Origin: Candidatus Eiseniibacteriota bacterium
GTDB taxonomy: Bacteria > Eisenbacteria > RBG-16-71-46
Length of the DNA stretch: 64,000 bases
Reading direction: 5' to 3'
Assembly (NCBI GenBank): GCA_963725865.1
Contig: CAVSAC010000014.1
Location: 1,632,001-1,696,000, forward strand
Part shown: piece by piece, positions 9,464 through 23,372 of the stretch
Layout: the number at the start of each line of letters is the position of its first letter
Position numbering within the stretch: position 1 is the stretch's first letter
Position numbers and translations under genes: made by a program
Notes under the pieces: generated by a model
Database searches by the model: none
The model's input: only the letters and a program-made list of their open reading frames with translations
Told to the model about the DNA's origin: nothing

Positions 9464-12028
9464 ATGTCGCCCACCACGCCCCGGATGCTCTCGGTCCTCG
9501 CGCTGCTCGTGCTCGCGCCCCCGGCGCTGGCCGCGTGGCCCCACGACGCCTACACCAACGTGAACCTCACGCCGACCGGGAACGACCAGCTGGTCTCCGG
9601 GATCTGTCCGGACAGCGCCGGCGGCGCGTTCGTGGCCTGGATCGAGAAACGCGGCGATCCCAGCGGCGACGTCTGGATGACGCGCGTCGGCGTCGATGGC
9701 GCCCCATCGCCGGGCTGGCCGGCCGGCGGGGTGTCGGTCTGCTCGGCGAGCGGAGCGCAGAACTCGATCTCGGTCATCCCGGGTCCGGGCGGCTCGTGCT
9801 ACGTGTGCTGGCTCGACGCACGCGCGGGCGGCGGGGCGCGCGACGTGTACCTCCAGCGCATGCTCGCGAGCGGCGCGATCGGCCCCGGCTGGCCGGTCAA
9901 CGGACTGCTGCTCTCGCGCACCGGATTCGACGAGTCGGTGCCGGTGATGGCCACCGACGGAGCGGGAGGCGCCTACGTCGCCTGGCAGCTCACCGTCAAC
10001 GCGGTCTCCGGGGACTACGACATCCACGCGCGGCGCGTGAACGCCGACGGCAGCTTTCCCGCCGGCTTCACCTCGGCCTCGGTCGCGCTCACGTCGCTCA
10101 TCAACCTGAGCACCAACCCGGCGATCGCCGCGGACGGCAGCGGCAACGCGTACGTCGTGTGGGAGGACGACCGCGTGACGCCCGTCGGGATCTTCGGTCA
10201 GCGGCTGCTCGCCAATGGGACGCCGTTCTGGGCCGTCAACGGCATCCAGCTGCAGCACGACACCGGTCCGTTCGCCCTCGACATCGTGCGGCCGCGCATC
10301 GCCGGCGACGGTCAGGGCGGATTCCTGCTCGGGACGTTCTGGGTGGGCTCGTCGGGCTTCCTCATCATGACCGGGCGCTACAACCCCGCCGGAGCCGCCG
10401 TCTGGCCCGTCGTCAACGTGGGTCCCACCTATGCGATCGGGCTGCAGATCGACTTCAGTCAGCTGCGGGTGGCCGCGGACGGCAATGGCGGCGCTTTCCT
10501 GGGATACACGGCACTGCTCGCCGGCGACCTGCAGAGCTTCGTCCAGCACCTGAGCCCGGCCGGCGCTCAGCTCTGGGGCGCCACGCCGGTGCCCGTGCTC
10601 GGCGGGTCGGGCTGGCAAACGGCGATCGACTTCAGCGGCCCCTACCTGACCTCGAGCATGGAGCCCGACGGCCTCGGCGGGGTGGTGTTCGCCCTGAGCA
10701 CGCTGCCGAACAGCGGGACCAGCATCCCCGACCTGGTCGTGCAGCGCATCGCGGCGGACGGCTCGCTCGCGTGGGGCAGCGGCGGTCGGCTGGTCTGCGG
10801 CGTCGCCGCCACGAAGCTCTATCCCGTGATCGCGAGCGACTTGCGGGGCGGCTTCATCGTGGCGTGGAACGACTACCGCAAGGGCACGACCAGCGACATC
10901 TACGCCCAGCGCCTCGACCACTGGAGCTATCTCGGCAACGCGGAGCCCTCGGCGGTCTCGGCGGTGGACGTGCCGTACGACCAGGGCGGCGTGGTGAACG
11001 TGCGGTGGCACGCCAGCTACCTCGACGCGCTGCCCGACCGCACGGTGCGCCAGTACTCGCTGTGGCGCGCGCTGTCCTCGAACGCGCCGCCGGTGGGCGC
11101 CACGATCCTCGGACCGGGCGATCCGACGCCGGCGGACGCGACGATCGACGCCGATGGCGCGGATGCTGCCGTCGCCGCGGGCGCGGCGGGTGTCGCGCGA
11201 TCCGAGACACTCCCGAGCGGTAGCTCGCGCATCGTGCGCGCGCTCCCCGACGGCGCGCAGACCACGTACTGGGAGTACCTGTTCACCAAGGCGGCCACCG
11301 CGCTCACCGACTACGCCGCGGTGGCGCCCACCACGTCCGACTCGCTGCCGGGCGCCAATCCGCCGACCCAGTTCATGGTCCAGGCCGAGGGCTTCTTCGG
11401 TGACCCGTACTGGGCCGCGGCGCCCGCGAGCGGCTACTCGGTCGACAACCTCGCGCCGCCCACACCCGCGCCGTTCACCGGCGTCTACGGCGGCGGGCAG
11501 ACCGCGCTCGACTGGGGCGCGAGCCTCGCGGCGGACCTGGCGGGCTACCGCCTCTATCGCGGAAGCTCGATCGGCTTCGTGCCCGGCCCCGCGAATCTGG
11601 TCGCCGCACTCGCCACCACCGCCTACACCGACCGGGCCGGGCAGCCGTACGTCTACAAGCTCGCGGCCGTCGACGTGCACGGCAACGAGAGCGCGTACGC
11701 GACGCTGATCCCGGCGGGCACCGCCGACGTGACGGAGGGAGCGCTGCCGGTGGAGTTCGCGCTGCACGGTGCCACGCCCAATCCGCTGCGCGGGAGCGGG
11801 CTCATCCGCTACGCGCTGCCGCGCGCGGCGGCGGTGCGACTGGCGCTGTTCGACGCCGCGGGCCGGCGCGTGCGCCTGCTCGCCGACGGCGAGCGCCCGG
11901 CGGGCGAGCACGCGGCCGCATGGGACGGCCGCGACGACGCGGGACGTGCGCTCGGCGCCGGGCTCTACTTCGCGCGGCTGGACGCGGCGGGGAGGACGTT
12001 CACGCATCGCGTGGTGCTGACGCACTGA
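9464..12028 (+). CDS. Secreted repeat (beta-propeller-like) protein with C-terminal FlgD-Ig/T9SS-type domain
   Basis: Signal peptide, repeated DGxGGxxVAW...DIYxQR units, DVPYDQGG module, C-terminal PNP...FDAAGRRVR...GLYFARL. Confidence 0.85.
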   Translation: MSPTTPRMLSVLALLVLAPPALAAWPHDAYTNVNLTPTGNDQLVSGICPDSAGGAFVAWIEKRGDPSGDVWMTRVGVDGAPSPGWPAGGVSVCSASGAQNSISVIPGPGGSCYVCWLDARAGGGARDVYLQRMLASGAIGPGWPVNGLLLSRTGFDESVPVMATDGAGGAYVAWQLTVNAVSGDYDIHARRVNADGSFPAGFTSASVALTSLINLSTNPAIAADGSGNAYVVWEDDRVTPVGIFGQRLLANGTPFWAVNGIQLQHDTGPFALDIVRPRIAGDGQGGFLLGTFWVGSSGFLIMTGRYNPAGAAVWPVVNVGPTYAIGLQIDFSQLRVAADGNGGAFLGYTALLAGDLQSFVQHLSPAGAQLWGATPVPVLGGSGWQTAIDFSGPYLTSSMEPDGLGGVVFALSTLPNSGTSIPDLVVQRIAADGSLAWGSGGRLVCGVAATKLYPVIASDLRGGFIVAWNDYRKGTTSDIYAQRLDHWSYLGNAEPSAVSAVDVPYDQGGVVNVRWHASYLDALPDRTVRQYSLWRALSSNAPPVGATILGPGDPTPADATIDADGADAAVAAGAAGVARSETLPSGSSRIVRALPDGAQTTYWEYLFTKAATALTDYAAVAPTTSDSLPGANPPTQFMVQAEGFFGDPYWAAAPASGYSVDNLAPPTPAPFTGVYGGGQTALDWGASLAADLAGYRLYRGSSIGFVPGPANLVAALATTAYTDRAGQPYVYKLAAVDVHGNESAYATLIPAGTADVTEGALPVEFALHGATPNPLRGSGLIRYALPRAAAVRLALFDAAGRRVRLLADGERPAGEHAAAWDGRDDAGRALGAGLYFARLDAAGRTFTHRVVLTH

Positions 12029-12164
12029 CCGCGCGCGATCGGCCGCCTCGAAAACGAGACAGCGGGCCGGCGCGCCGCGTCGCCGGCGGCGCCACTCCGC
12101 GACGAAGTGAGCGCCGGCGCCGATCGCGCTGGCTCGCGCGAGCCGCGGGGCGCACTATGTCGCC

Positions 12165-14396
12165 ATGTCTCCTCATCGCGGGGCCGGTCGTGCGGGGCTC
12201 CTGCTCGCGCTTGGTCTGCTCCTGTTGCTCGGCGCGCCCGCGCTTTCGCGCGCGCAGAACGCCTCGGTCGCCGGCACGCTCGAGCTCTATCCCACGCTGA
12301 ACTGCATCGGCGCGCGGCTGGCGTTCGGCGGCGACGCCGACAGCGACGCGGTCGCGCACCTCGAGTGGCGGCGGCTCGGACAGCCGGCCTGGACGCGCGG
12401 CGTCGACATGAGCCGCATGCCCGGCATCCCGCGCTGGTCGGGCAGCGTGCTGTGGCTCGACAGCGGGACGCGCTACGAGGTGCGCGCGCTGATCGAGGAC
12501 CCCGACGGCGGCGGCAGCGCGCAGGGCGCGGTGACCACGCGGGTGCTGCCGCCACTGACGCCGAGCGGCGCGACCTGGTGGGTGGCGACCAACGGTCTCG
12601 ACACCAATCCCGGCTCGTCGACCGCCCCGCTCGCCACCGTGCAGGCCGCGGCCAATCGCGCGCAGCCCGGCGACCAGATCCGCGTGCGCGCCGGGATCTA
12701 CTACCAGGGCGTGGTCACGCCGCGCGCCGGCACCCCGGGGGCACCCATCCATCTGATCGCGGACGGGCCCGGCACCATCCTCGACGGCTCCGATCCCGCG
12801 ATGCTCCATCGCAGCGACTGGCGCGCCGACGGCGGCGGCATCTTCAGCGTCCCCTTCACCGCCGCTACGCGCCTGGTGTGCGCCGACAGCCTGCAGCGGC
12901 TCTACCGGCAGTCGAGCCTCGCGCAGCTGCAGGCCGACTTCAACGGCATGAGCCAGGCGTGGGCGATCGAGGGCGGCCGGCTCTACGTGAAGCTCGGCGA
13001 CGGCTCGTCGCCCGCCACCCACACCATGCACGTCGCGCGGCTCGATGTGGGCGTGTACGTGAAGCACGACGACTGGCACGTGAGCGGCTTCGAGGTGCGC
13101 TACTGCGGCACCGTGAACTCGCCCGCCGCGGGCATCTGCCTGCAGGGCGCCAGCCGCTGCGTGGTGAGCGGCAATCACGTCCACACCATCGGCGGCAAGT
13201 GCGTGCTGCTGCGGCTCGGGGCGGCGGACGACGTCATCGAGGGCAACCTGCTGCGCGATCCGCGCATCGGCGTGTGGCCGCGCACGGTGAGCAAGAGCCA
13301 CGAGGAGGAGCAGCAGGGGGTCTCGAACGGCGGCGGGCGCGGCAACGTGATCCGCTCCAACACCATCCAGTACACGTTCGACGGCATCGACGCGCGCAGC
13401 GGCGAGAGCGACGTGAACGTCGCCGCGGACTCCGATGTCCACGACAACCTCGTCATCGGGATCGCCGACGACGGGCTCGAGCCCGAGACCTGCTCCGGCA
13501 TCAACGTGCGCCTGTGGCACAACATGGTGCGCGGCTGCTACAGCGGCATCTCGATCGCGCCGATCACGCAGGGTCCCGAGTACGTGCTCTACAACACGTT
13601 CACCGACTACACCCGCAATGCCTACAAGTTCTCGATCTCGAGCGACGGCCAGGTGTGGCTGTGTCACAACACCTCGTCCACCACGCTGCCCGCGATCCCG
13701 TCGCTGTGGGGGAGCGGCACCTACTCGAACAAGCACTTCCGCGGCAACATCCTGACCGGCAACGGCACGTTCTGCGTCGACGACGATCCGGGCGAGAGCA
13801 CGATCGGCAACGATTTCGACGGCGACCTGCTCTACGCGCCGGGCTCGTCGTGGTTGTTCCGCTGGAAGGGCACCAACTACGCCACGCTCGCCACGCTGCG
13901 CGCCGGCACCGGCTTCGAGACCGCCGGGCGCAGCGGCGACCCGATGTTCGTCGCACCGCTCGGCGGCGACTACTCGCTCAAGCCCGGCAGCCCGGCGCTC
14001 GATGCGGCCCCCCGGCTGCCGGGCATCAACGACTGCTTCGTGGGCGCCGGCCCCGACATGGGCGCGGCGGAGTTCTGCCTCGCGCACCTGGTCGACGTGC
14101 CGGCGCCGGTGCCGCACGAGGCGCTGCGACTGGAGGCGCCGGCGCCGAATCCCAGCGCGTCGACGGTGCTGCTGCGATTCGCGCTGCCGAGTGCCACGCG
14201 CGTGCGGATCGCGGTATTCGACGTGAGTGGACGCCGGGTGCGCACGCTGGCCGCCGAGGAGCTGCCTGCCGGCGCGCACGCGGTGCAGTGGGATGGTCGC
14301 GACGATGCCGGCCGCACGCTCGGCCCGGGGCTGTACCTGGTGCGACTCGAAGCGCAGGGAGAGGCGCTGGCGCGCCGTGTGGTGCGCATCGAGTAG
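12165..14396 (+). CDS. Secreted right-handed parallel beta-helix (pectin-lyase-like) protein with FlgD-Ig/T9SS-type CTD
   Basis: Signal peptide, WWVATNGLDTNPG...PGDQIRVRAGIY, Asn-ladder repeats, GPDMGAAE, CTD motif. Confidence 0.85.
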   Translation: MSPHRGAGRAGLLLALGLLLLLGAPALSRAQNASVAGTLELYPTLNCIGARLAFGGDADSDAVAHLEWRRLGQPAWTRGVDMSRMPGIPRWSGSVLWLDSGTRYEVRALIEDPDGGGSAQGAVTTRVLPPLTPSGATWWVATNGLDTNPGSSTAPLATVQAAANRAQPGDQIRVRAGIYYQGVVTPRAGTPGAPIHLIADGPGTILDGSDPAMLHRSDWRADGGGIFSVPFTAATRLVCADSLQRLYRQSSLAQLQADFNGMSQAWAIEGGRLYVKLGDGSSPATHTMHVARLDVGVYVKHDDWHVSGFEVRYCGTVNSPAAGICLQGASRCVVSGNHVHTIGGKCVLLRLGAADDVIEGNLLRDPRIGVWPRTVSKSHEEEQQGVSNGGGRGNVIRSNTIQYTFDGIDARSGESDVNVAADSDVHDNLVIGIADDGLEPETCSGINVRLWHNMVRGCYSGISIAPITQGPEYVLYNTFTDYTRNAYKFSISSDGQVWLCHNTSSTTLPAIPSLWGSGTYSNKHFRGNILTGNGTFCVDDDPGESTIGNDFDGDLLYAPGSSWLFRWKGTNYATLATLRAGTGFETAGRSGDPMFVAPLGGDYSLKPGSPALDAAPRLPGINDCFVGAGPDMGAAEFCLAHLVDVPAPVPHEALRLEAPAPNPSASTVLLRFALPSATRVRIAVFDVSGRRVRTLAAEELPAGAHAVQWDGRDDAGRTLGPGLYLVRLEAQGEALARRVVRIE

Positions 14397-14476
14397 GCAC
14401 GGGCGCCCCGGCGCCGCAGCGCTGGAGTCGTCCCCGACGTGCCCGCGCACGCGCCTGTGCCGGCGCGGCGCGCGCG

Positions 14477-16003
14477 TCAGAAGTAGAACTTGATCTCGCG
14501 CCAGCGCGTGGCGAGCGGCTGGTTGAGGCCGCGGCACACCCAGATCGGCGCGCCGTTCTCGAACGGCATGCAGTGGGTGCAGCTCGTGGTGTCGGCGAGC
14601 ACCACGCTCGCGAAGTCCGCGTGCCGGTTGTCGCGGCCGCCGCCCACCAGGATCATCACCTCGCCGGTGGCACCCCGCGGACCCCACAGCCAGTAGTTGT
14701 TGTGCGGCGAGATCGCGGGTGGCAGTCCGTAGCGCGGTCCGAAGAAGTCGATCGCACCGGCCTCGCCGTAGTTGCTGGCGAAGATCGCGCACTTGGCGCG
14801 CTCGCCGGCCGGCAGCGCGGCGTACACGCGCGCGACCCGCCTCACCATATCCTCCCAGCCAAACATGTCGGCGAGCACCTGCGGCAGGTCGCTCTCGCCC
14901 GAGTGCTCCTGAGCCTTGATGCGAATGCCGAGCGCGCGCGTGTACGCGAGGTGCGTCTCGACCGGCAGCAGCGGCAACCCCACCGGAACGATCAAGAGCC
15001 CGAGCGGCGCGATCAACGCGATCGCCACCGGCCGCAGCCAGCCGCGTCCGCGCGTCGCCGCCGCCCCCTCGATCGCCACCGCGCCGGCCGCCAGCAGCGG
15101 CGCGTACGCGACCGCGAGGTAGTTGGGCCGGCTGAAGCCGCTCACGATCAGCAGCGCCGCGACCGCGAGGAACGCGATGCCGAGCGGCCGCGCGGCGCGT
15201 CCCACCAGCAGCGCGACCAGCCCGATCGCCCACACCGGCAGCTGCGCGGGGTTCATGACGAGGATCTGCTGCAGCCAGAAGTCCACGAAGCCGGTGCGCA
15301 CCATCTTGCCCTGCGTCGCGTTGCGCATGAACTCGAGCGTCGGCCAGCCGTTCTGCGCCTGCCACAGCACGTGCGGCACGAACACCAGCCCCGCGATCGC
15401 CGCGGCCACCCACGGCCACGGCGTGCGCAACACCTTGCGGTGCGGCGTGAGCACCAGCCCCAGGAACGCGCCGCCGGCGAACCACAGCATGCTGGTCTTG
15501 TTGAGCAGCCCGAGGCCCAGCACCACGCCGAGCCCGATCCACGTCGCGGGCCGCTCGTGCGTGAGCGCGCGCAGCAGCAACAGCGCCGACAGCGTCCAGA
15601 AGCACGTGTCGAACGCGTTCATGCTGAAGAAGTGGTCCACCACCAGCCATACGGGCGGCAGCACCGCGCACAGGCACGCGAGCGCCTGCGCGAATCGGCG
15701 GCCGCCGAGCTCGCGCACCAGCAGCCCGGTCATCACCACGGTCGCCGCGCCCGAGAACGCGGGGAGCCAGCGCAGCGCCACCAGCGAGTCGCCGAACAGC
15801 GCGCGGTTCAGCGCCAGCAGCGCGATCGAGAACGGCGGCTGGTCCACGTAGCCCCACGCCAGGTGCTTGCTGCACGCGATGTAGTACAGCTCGTCGCGGA
15901 AGTAGCCGTAGTGCGTGATCGCCAGCGCGTGGAGCAGCAGCTTGAGAGCCGCGAACGCCAGCGGCACGGCGAGGGCGTCGGCGAAGGTCGGGCGACGGGG
16001 CAT
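14477..16003 (-). CDS. Glycosyltransferase family 39 (ArnT/PMT-like) membrane protein
   Basis: YFRDELYY, WGYVDQPP, GLGLLNK, NYGEAGAI; many TM helices. Confidence 0.9.
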   Translation of the reverse strand: MPRRPTFADALAVPLAFAALKLLLHALAITHYGYFRDELYYIACSKHLAWGYVDQPPFSIALLALNRALFGDSLVALRWLPAFSGAATVVMTGLLVRELGGRRFAQALACLCAVLPPVWLVVDHFFSMNAFDTCFWTLSALLLLRALTHERPATWIGLGVVLGLGLLNKTSMLWFAGGAFLGLVLTPHRKVLRTPWPWVAAAIAGLVFVPHVLWQAQNGWPTLEFMRNATQGKMVRTGFVDFWLQQILVMNPAQLPVWAIGLVALLVGRAARPLGIAFLAVAALLIVSGFSRPNYLAVAYAPLLAAGAVAIEGAAATRGRGWLRPVAIALIAPLGLLIVPVGLPLLPVETHLAYTRALGIRIKAQEHSGESDLPQVLADMFGWEDMVRRVARVYAALPAGERAKCAIFASNYGEAGAIDFFGPRYGLPPAISPHNNYWLWGPRGATGEVMILVGGGRDNRHADFASVVLADTTSCTHCMPFENGAPIWVCRGLNQPLATRWREIKFYF

Positions 16004-16170
16004 CGGGGCCTCCTGAGGGGCGCGGGCAGCGGCGGCAGACTAAGGTGGCCGGGAGCCGGCCGCAACGGCCGAGTGCGTGAGTCCGCACGGAGCAGCGCTC
16101 GCCACCTCCGCGGTCTCGCGTCCGATTCGGCGCTTGACGTCCGTGCGCCGGCTCCGGCACCTTGCTCGCC

Positions 16171-16584
16171 ATGCTGCGCCATCTTCGCACCCCGTGGCCG
16201 GGCCTCGTCGGCCTCGCGCTCGCCTCCCTCACGCTGCTGCCGCCCGATGGCTGGGCGCTGTGCGTGGCGCCGGGCGGCCACATCGAGCTCGAGCCGCTCG
16301 CGCTCGACGGGGCCGCGGGTTGCTGCACCGCTCCCGCGCCGCTCTCCGGCGATGACGTGACCTCCGCGGACAGCGACTGTGAATCCTGCAGCGACGTGGT
16401 GGCGTTCTCTGGCAGCGTGCTGCCGTGCCGCCCGCTGCACGTCGACGTGCCCTCCGTCCTCGCGCCGGCCGTGCTCGTCTCGCTCGCCGCGCCCTACGAG
16501 TACGGGACATCCGCCGTGCGCGCCACCGCGCTCGCGCCGTCCCCACCGGGCACCCTCCGCACCGGCACCCTCCTGCGCAACTGA
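16171..16584 (+). CDS. Cys-rich exported hypothetical protein upstream of czcCBA
   Basis: Hydrophobic N-terminus; LCVAPGGHIELE, CC, CESC motifs. Confidence 0.6.
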   Translation: MLRHLRTPWPGLVGLALASLTLLPPDGWALCVAPGGHIELEPLALDGAAGCCTAPAPLSGDDVTSADSDCESCSDVVAFSGSVLPCRPLHVDVPSVLAPAVLVSLAAPYEYGTSAVRATALAPSPPGTLRTGTLLRN

Positions 16585-16685
16585 TCCACCTCCGGCCGTC
16601 TTCGCGCGCGACGTCCTGACGACGTCGTGCGCGTGGCTTCACGACGCCCGCGCCGAGATTCCCCACGTCTCCCGGAGGTGTTTCC

Positions 16686-17939
16686 GTGTCCCATCCCATA
16701 CGCAACTCCCTCATCCTCGCGATCGCCGGGATGGCCACGCTCGCGAGCGCGAGCCGGTCCGCGCCCCTCGATCTCGACGAGGCCGTACGGCGCGCGCTCG
16801 CGGCCCACCCCGCGCTGCGTGCCGCGCGACTCGAGACGCGCGCGGCCGCCGCGCGCGTGCGCGACGCCGCGCGCCGGCCGGCTCCGTCGCTGTCGGCCGA
16901 GCTCGAGGATCTCGGCGGCCGCGCCGGGGTCGACGGCGCGCAGGCCACGCTCGTGCTCGCCCAGCCGCTCGAGCTCGGCGGGGACCGGTCCGCGCGCGCG
17001 GGCGCCGCGCGCGCGACGATGGCGCTCGCCGAGGCCGGGGCCACGGCGTTGGAGCGCGAGGTCGCCGCCGAGGCCACCGAGGCGTTCCTGGACGCGTGGC
17101 TGGCAGAGCAGCGCGTCGCCCGCGAACGTGCGGCTGAACCGCACACGAACGAGGCGGTGCGCGCCGCCGGCGAGCGCCTGCGTGCCGGGGCCGCGCCCGC
17201 ATCCGAGCGCGCACGGGCCGAGTTGTTCGCCGCGCTGCGCGCGATCGAGCGCCGCCGCGCCGAGGCTGCCCGGGGCGGGGCGCGCCGCCGCCTGGCCCGC
17301 ACCTGGGGCATGGACTCGCTCGACGCGGACTCGCTGGCGCTGACCGCGCCGCCACACACGGCGCCGGCCGCGGCGGAAGTCCTGCTGGCGCGGCTCACGG
17401 TGAACCCCGAGCGCCGCCGCGCCGAGGCGGAGACGGAGGCGGCCGCGTGGCGGGTCCGCGAAGCCCGCGCCGCGCGCACCGCCGACCTGGATGCGAGCGC
17501 CGGAGTGCGACGCCTGCCCGAGAGCGGCGGCACCGCGCTGGTGGCGAGCATCTCGCTGCCGCTCCCGTTGTGGGGGCGAGCGGACGGCGAGGTCGAGGCC
17601 GCGAGCGCCGAGCGCGACGCGGTGCACCTGCGCGAGGAGGCGACCGCGCGCCGGCTCGCCCAGGAGCTGCGCGGCGCGCTGGATGAGCTGCGCGCGGCGG
17701 AGGAAGCGTGGGAGACGGCGCGCGGAGCGCTGAGCGCGGCCGCGGACGAAGCACTCACCTCGGTCACCGCGGCTTATCGGAGCGGGCGATCGGGGTACCC
17801 CGAGATCGCCGAGAGCCAGCGCACTCGGCTCGAGGTCGAAGTCGTGCGGGCCGAGGCGCTCGCCGCGCTGTGGCGTGCGCGTACCGCGGTGGAGCGGCTC
17901 ACCGGAATGCCGCTCGAGGCGGCGGAGGAAGGAAGATGA
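16686..17939 (+). CDS. czcC: TolC-family outer membrane factor (CzcC-like)
   Basis: Signal peptide, LAQPLELGG, ISLPLPLW, AYRSGRSG; operon context. Confidence 0.85.
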   Translation: MSHPIRNSLILAIAGMATLASASRSAPLDLDEAVRRALAAHPALRAARLETRAAAARVRDAARRPAPSLSAELEDLGGRAGVDGAQATLVLAQPLELGGDRSARAGAARATMALAEAGATALEREVAAEATEAFLDAWLAEQRVARERAAEPHTNEAVRAAGERLRAGAAPASERARAELFAALRAIERRRAEAARGGARRRLARTWGMDSLDADSLALTAPPHTAPAAAEVLLARLTVNPERRRAEAETEAAAWRVREARAARTADLDASAGVRRLPESGGTALVASISLPLPLWGRADGEVEAASAERDAVHLREEATARRLAQELRGALDELRAAEEAWETARGALSAAADEALTSVTAAYRSGRSGYPEIAESQRTRLEVEVVRAEALAALWRARTAVERLTGMPLEAAEEGR

Positions 17940-18923
17940 GCGCCAGGATCGTCGCACTCGGACTCTCGCTCCTGCTGGTCGCGGGCTGCGGAACCGCAGG
18001 CGGCCGGCACGCGAAGGATGACGAGTCGGTGGCCGACTCGCGTGGTCCGGCGCCCGCGGGTGCCGCGCGGCCGGCGGACGAGCACGCGGGTGAGGGCGAA
18101 GGCGAGCAGATCGAGGGGCGCGTGACGCTCGCGCCCGCCGCGGTACGCGCCGGCGGGATCGAATCCGCGCCGGCCGGGCCGCGCGCCATCGAGGTCACCG
18201 TCGAGGCGCCCGGCGAGGTGCGCCTGGACGCGGAGCGCGTGGTGCAGGTGCGGCCCCGCTACGCCGGCGTCGTGCGAGCGCTGTCGCCGCGGCTTGGTGA
18301 CCGCGTGCGCGAAGGCGACCTGGTGGCCGTCGTCCAGAGCAACGAAAGCCTCACCGACTACGAGGTGCGGGCGCCGCTCGCGGGAACGGTGGTGGCGCGC
18401 GATGTCGCCGCCGGTCAGGCCGTCGACGGCGCCAGCGTGCTCGTCACCATCGCCGACCTGCGCGCCGTGTGGGTCGACTTCGCGCTCTATCCGCGCATCG
18501 CCGGGCGCGTGCGCGCGGGCCAGCCGGCGCGCGTGCGCGCCACCTCCGACACCGCGCTGAGCGTGCGCGGGCGCGTCGATTTCGTGGGACCGCTGCTCGA
18601 GCAGGACACGCGCGTCTCGCATGGCCGCGTCGTGCTCGCGAACCACGACGGGCGCTGGTCGCCCGGGCTGTTCGTGGACGTGGCGGTCACGGTGGACCGG
18701 GCGCGCGTGGCGCTCGCGGTGCCCGAGGAGGCCTTGGTGCGCACCGCCGATGGCCCCGCGGTGTTCGTCGCGGAGGACTCCGCGTTCGAGTTGCGGCGGG
18801 TGCGTCCCGGGCGCAGCGACGGCGAGTGGACCGAGATCCTTTCCGGGCTCGCGGCCGGCGAGCGCGTCGTGGTGCGCAACGCCTACCTGCTCAAGGCCGA
18901 GCTGACCAAGGGGGAGGCGAGCC

Positions 18924-18934
<11 letters not shown>
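17936..18934 (+). CDS. czcB: RND periplasmic adaptor (CzcB-like) lipoprotein
   Basis: Lipobox LVAGC, YEVRAPLAGTV, IADLRAVWV, EILSGLAAGERVV; ATGA overlap with czcC. Confidence 0.88.
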
Positions 18935-22148
<3,214 letters not shown>

Positions 22149-22304
22149 GGGAGTTGCGGTGAACACCGAGCGGTGCGCGGCGATCGTGGCAGGCCCGCCC
22201 GCGTGCCAAGACGGCGCAGTGCGCGAGGCGCGCGGAGTGCTGGGAGTGACGCAAGTGGACTGCAGCGTGTTTCAAAACTCCGAAAGGCGGAGTAGGCTGG
22301 CGCA

Positions 22305-23372
22305 ATGATTTCACACGTGAAGGCGAGGTCTGTCTTGCGAACCGTCTCGCGCAACACCGCTGTCGTGGCCCTCGTACTGGCGATGATGGCGCCGAACGCG
22401 GCCTCTGCCTTGACCACCGCCGAATTCGTGCGCGCCGCACTCCGCGACGAGGTGGCAGCGGCCTCTGATTCCTCCGCTGGCGTGTTGTTTGGGGTGCTCG
22501 ACAGCCTCGGAGTCGAGCCGCGGATCTGGGCCGAAGGCGCGGTGAGCGTGGACGATGAACTCCGGCTCGGATGCCCGACTGCGAAGCCGATCCTCGCCTA
22601 CCTCATCCTCAACCGACGGATTCCGCTCCAGGCGCGGATCACGCGATGGTTCCCCGAGCGCGATGGGTACACGCGGGCGCACGACATCCAGGTGCGGTAC
22701 CTGTTGCTCAACTCGAGTGGCATCCGCGACTACGTCCCGATGATTCCGGTGCATCCAGACTCGGCGGTGACCCCGGAGCGGACGATCGAGCTCGCGTACC
22801 GTCATCGGACATTGCTGTTCGACCCGGGCCAGGGCTTCGAGTACTCGAACACGAACGCCAGCTTGCTCGGCTGCATCCTCAGGGTGGAGATGAGCGAGAG
22901 CGTGGATGCGCTCGTTCGCGCACGCTTCGCCGCGATCGCGCCGTCCCTCCGCTACGATGACGGTCATGGGCGTTATCCGCGCGGCTACCCCGGGCCGTGG
23001 CCCTACCACTGGAGCTGCCCGGGCTACGGTGGCGGGCTCATCGGCACCGCTGCCGATGCGATGAAGGCATTCGCGTGGATCGCGTCGCAGCCGGAGTTCG
23101 CGCAGATGACGCGATGGTCGAAGCCAGACGGGTCGCCGGAACGAGCCGAGACCGATCACCGTCTCGGGCTCGGCCTGTTCGGCCGGAGAGATCTCGCGGG
23201 ATGCGGACCGGCTGCGTTCTACGATGGCGACCTCGGACCCTGTCAGATGATCCTGGCCTGCGTCCGCGGCCGCGTCTTCTACGTCGCGACCACCCATCCG
23301 GTCGGACTCGAACGCCTGAACGCGGTGTTCTCGCGGCTGGTGGCGAGATGCGTCGCGACCGGTGATGACTAG
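22305..23372 (+). CDS. Beta-lactamase-family (class C-like) serine hydrolase with atypical catalytic motif
   Basis: Signal peptide, LLLNSSGI, FDPGQGFEYSNTN (YxN), GGGLIGTAADA; the SxxK position reads GCPTAK. Confidence 0.7.
   Translation: MISHVKARSVLRTVSRNTAVVALVLAMMAPNAASALTTAEFVRAALRDEVAAASDSSAGVLFGVLDSLGVEPRIWAEGAVSVDDELRLGCPTAKPILAYLILNRRIPLQARITRWFPERDGYTRAHDIQVRYLLLNSSGIRDYVPMIPVHPDSAVTPERTIELAYRHRTLLFDPGQGFEYSNTNASLLGCILRVEMSESVDALVRARFAAIAPSLRYDDGHGRYPRGYPGPWPYHWSCPGYGGGLIGTAADAMKAFAWIASQPEFAQMTRWSKPDGSPERAETDHRLGLGLFGRRDLAGCGPAAFYDGDLGPCQMILACVRGRVFYVATTHPVGLERLNAVFSRLVARCVATGDD

Noticed and set aside
8168..16360. Very long antisense or alternative-frame ORFs (1285, 1442 and 1417 aa, and similar ones elsewhere)
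   Set aside because: Arg/Ala/Gly-rich shadows of real genes in high-GC DNA; no motifs
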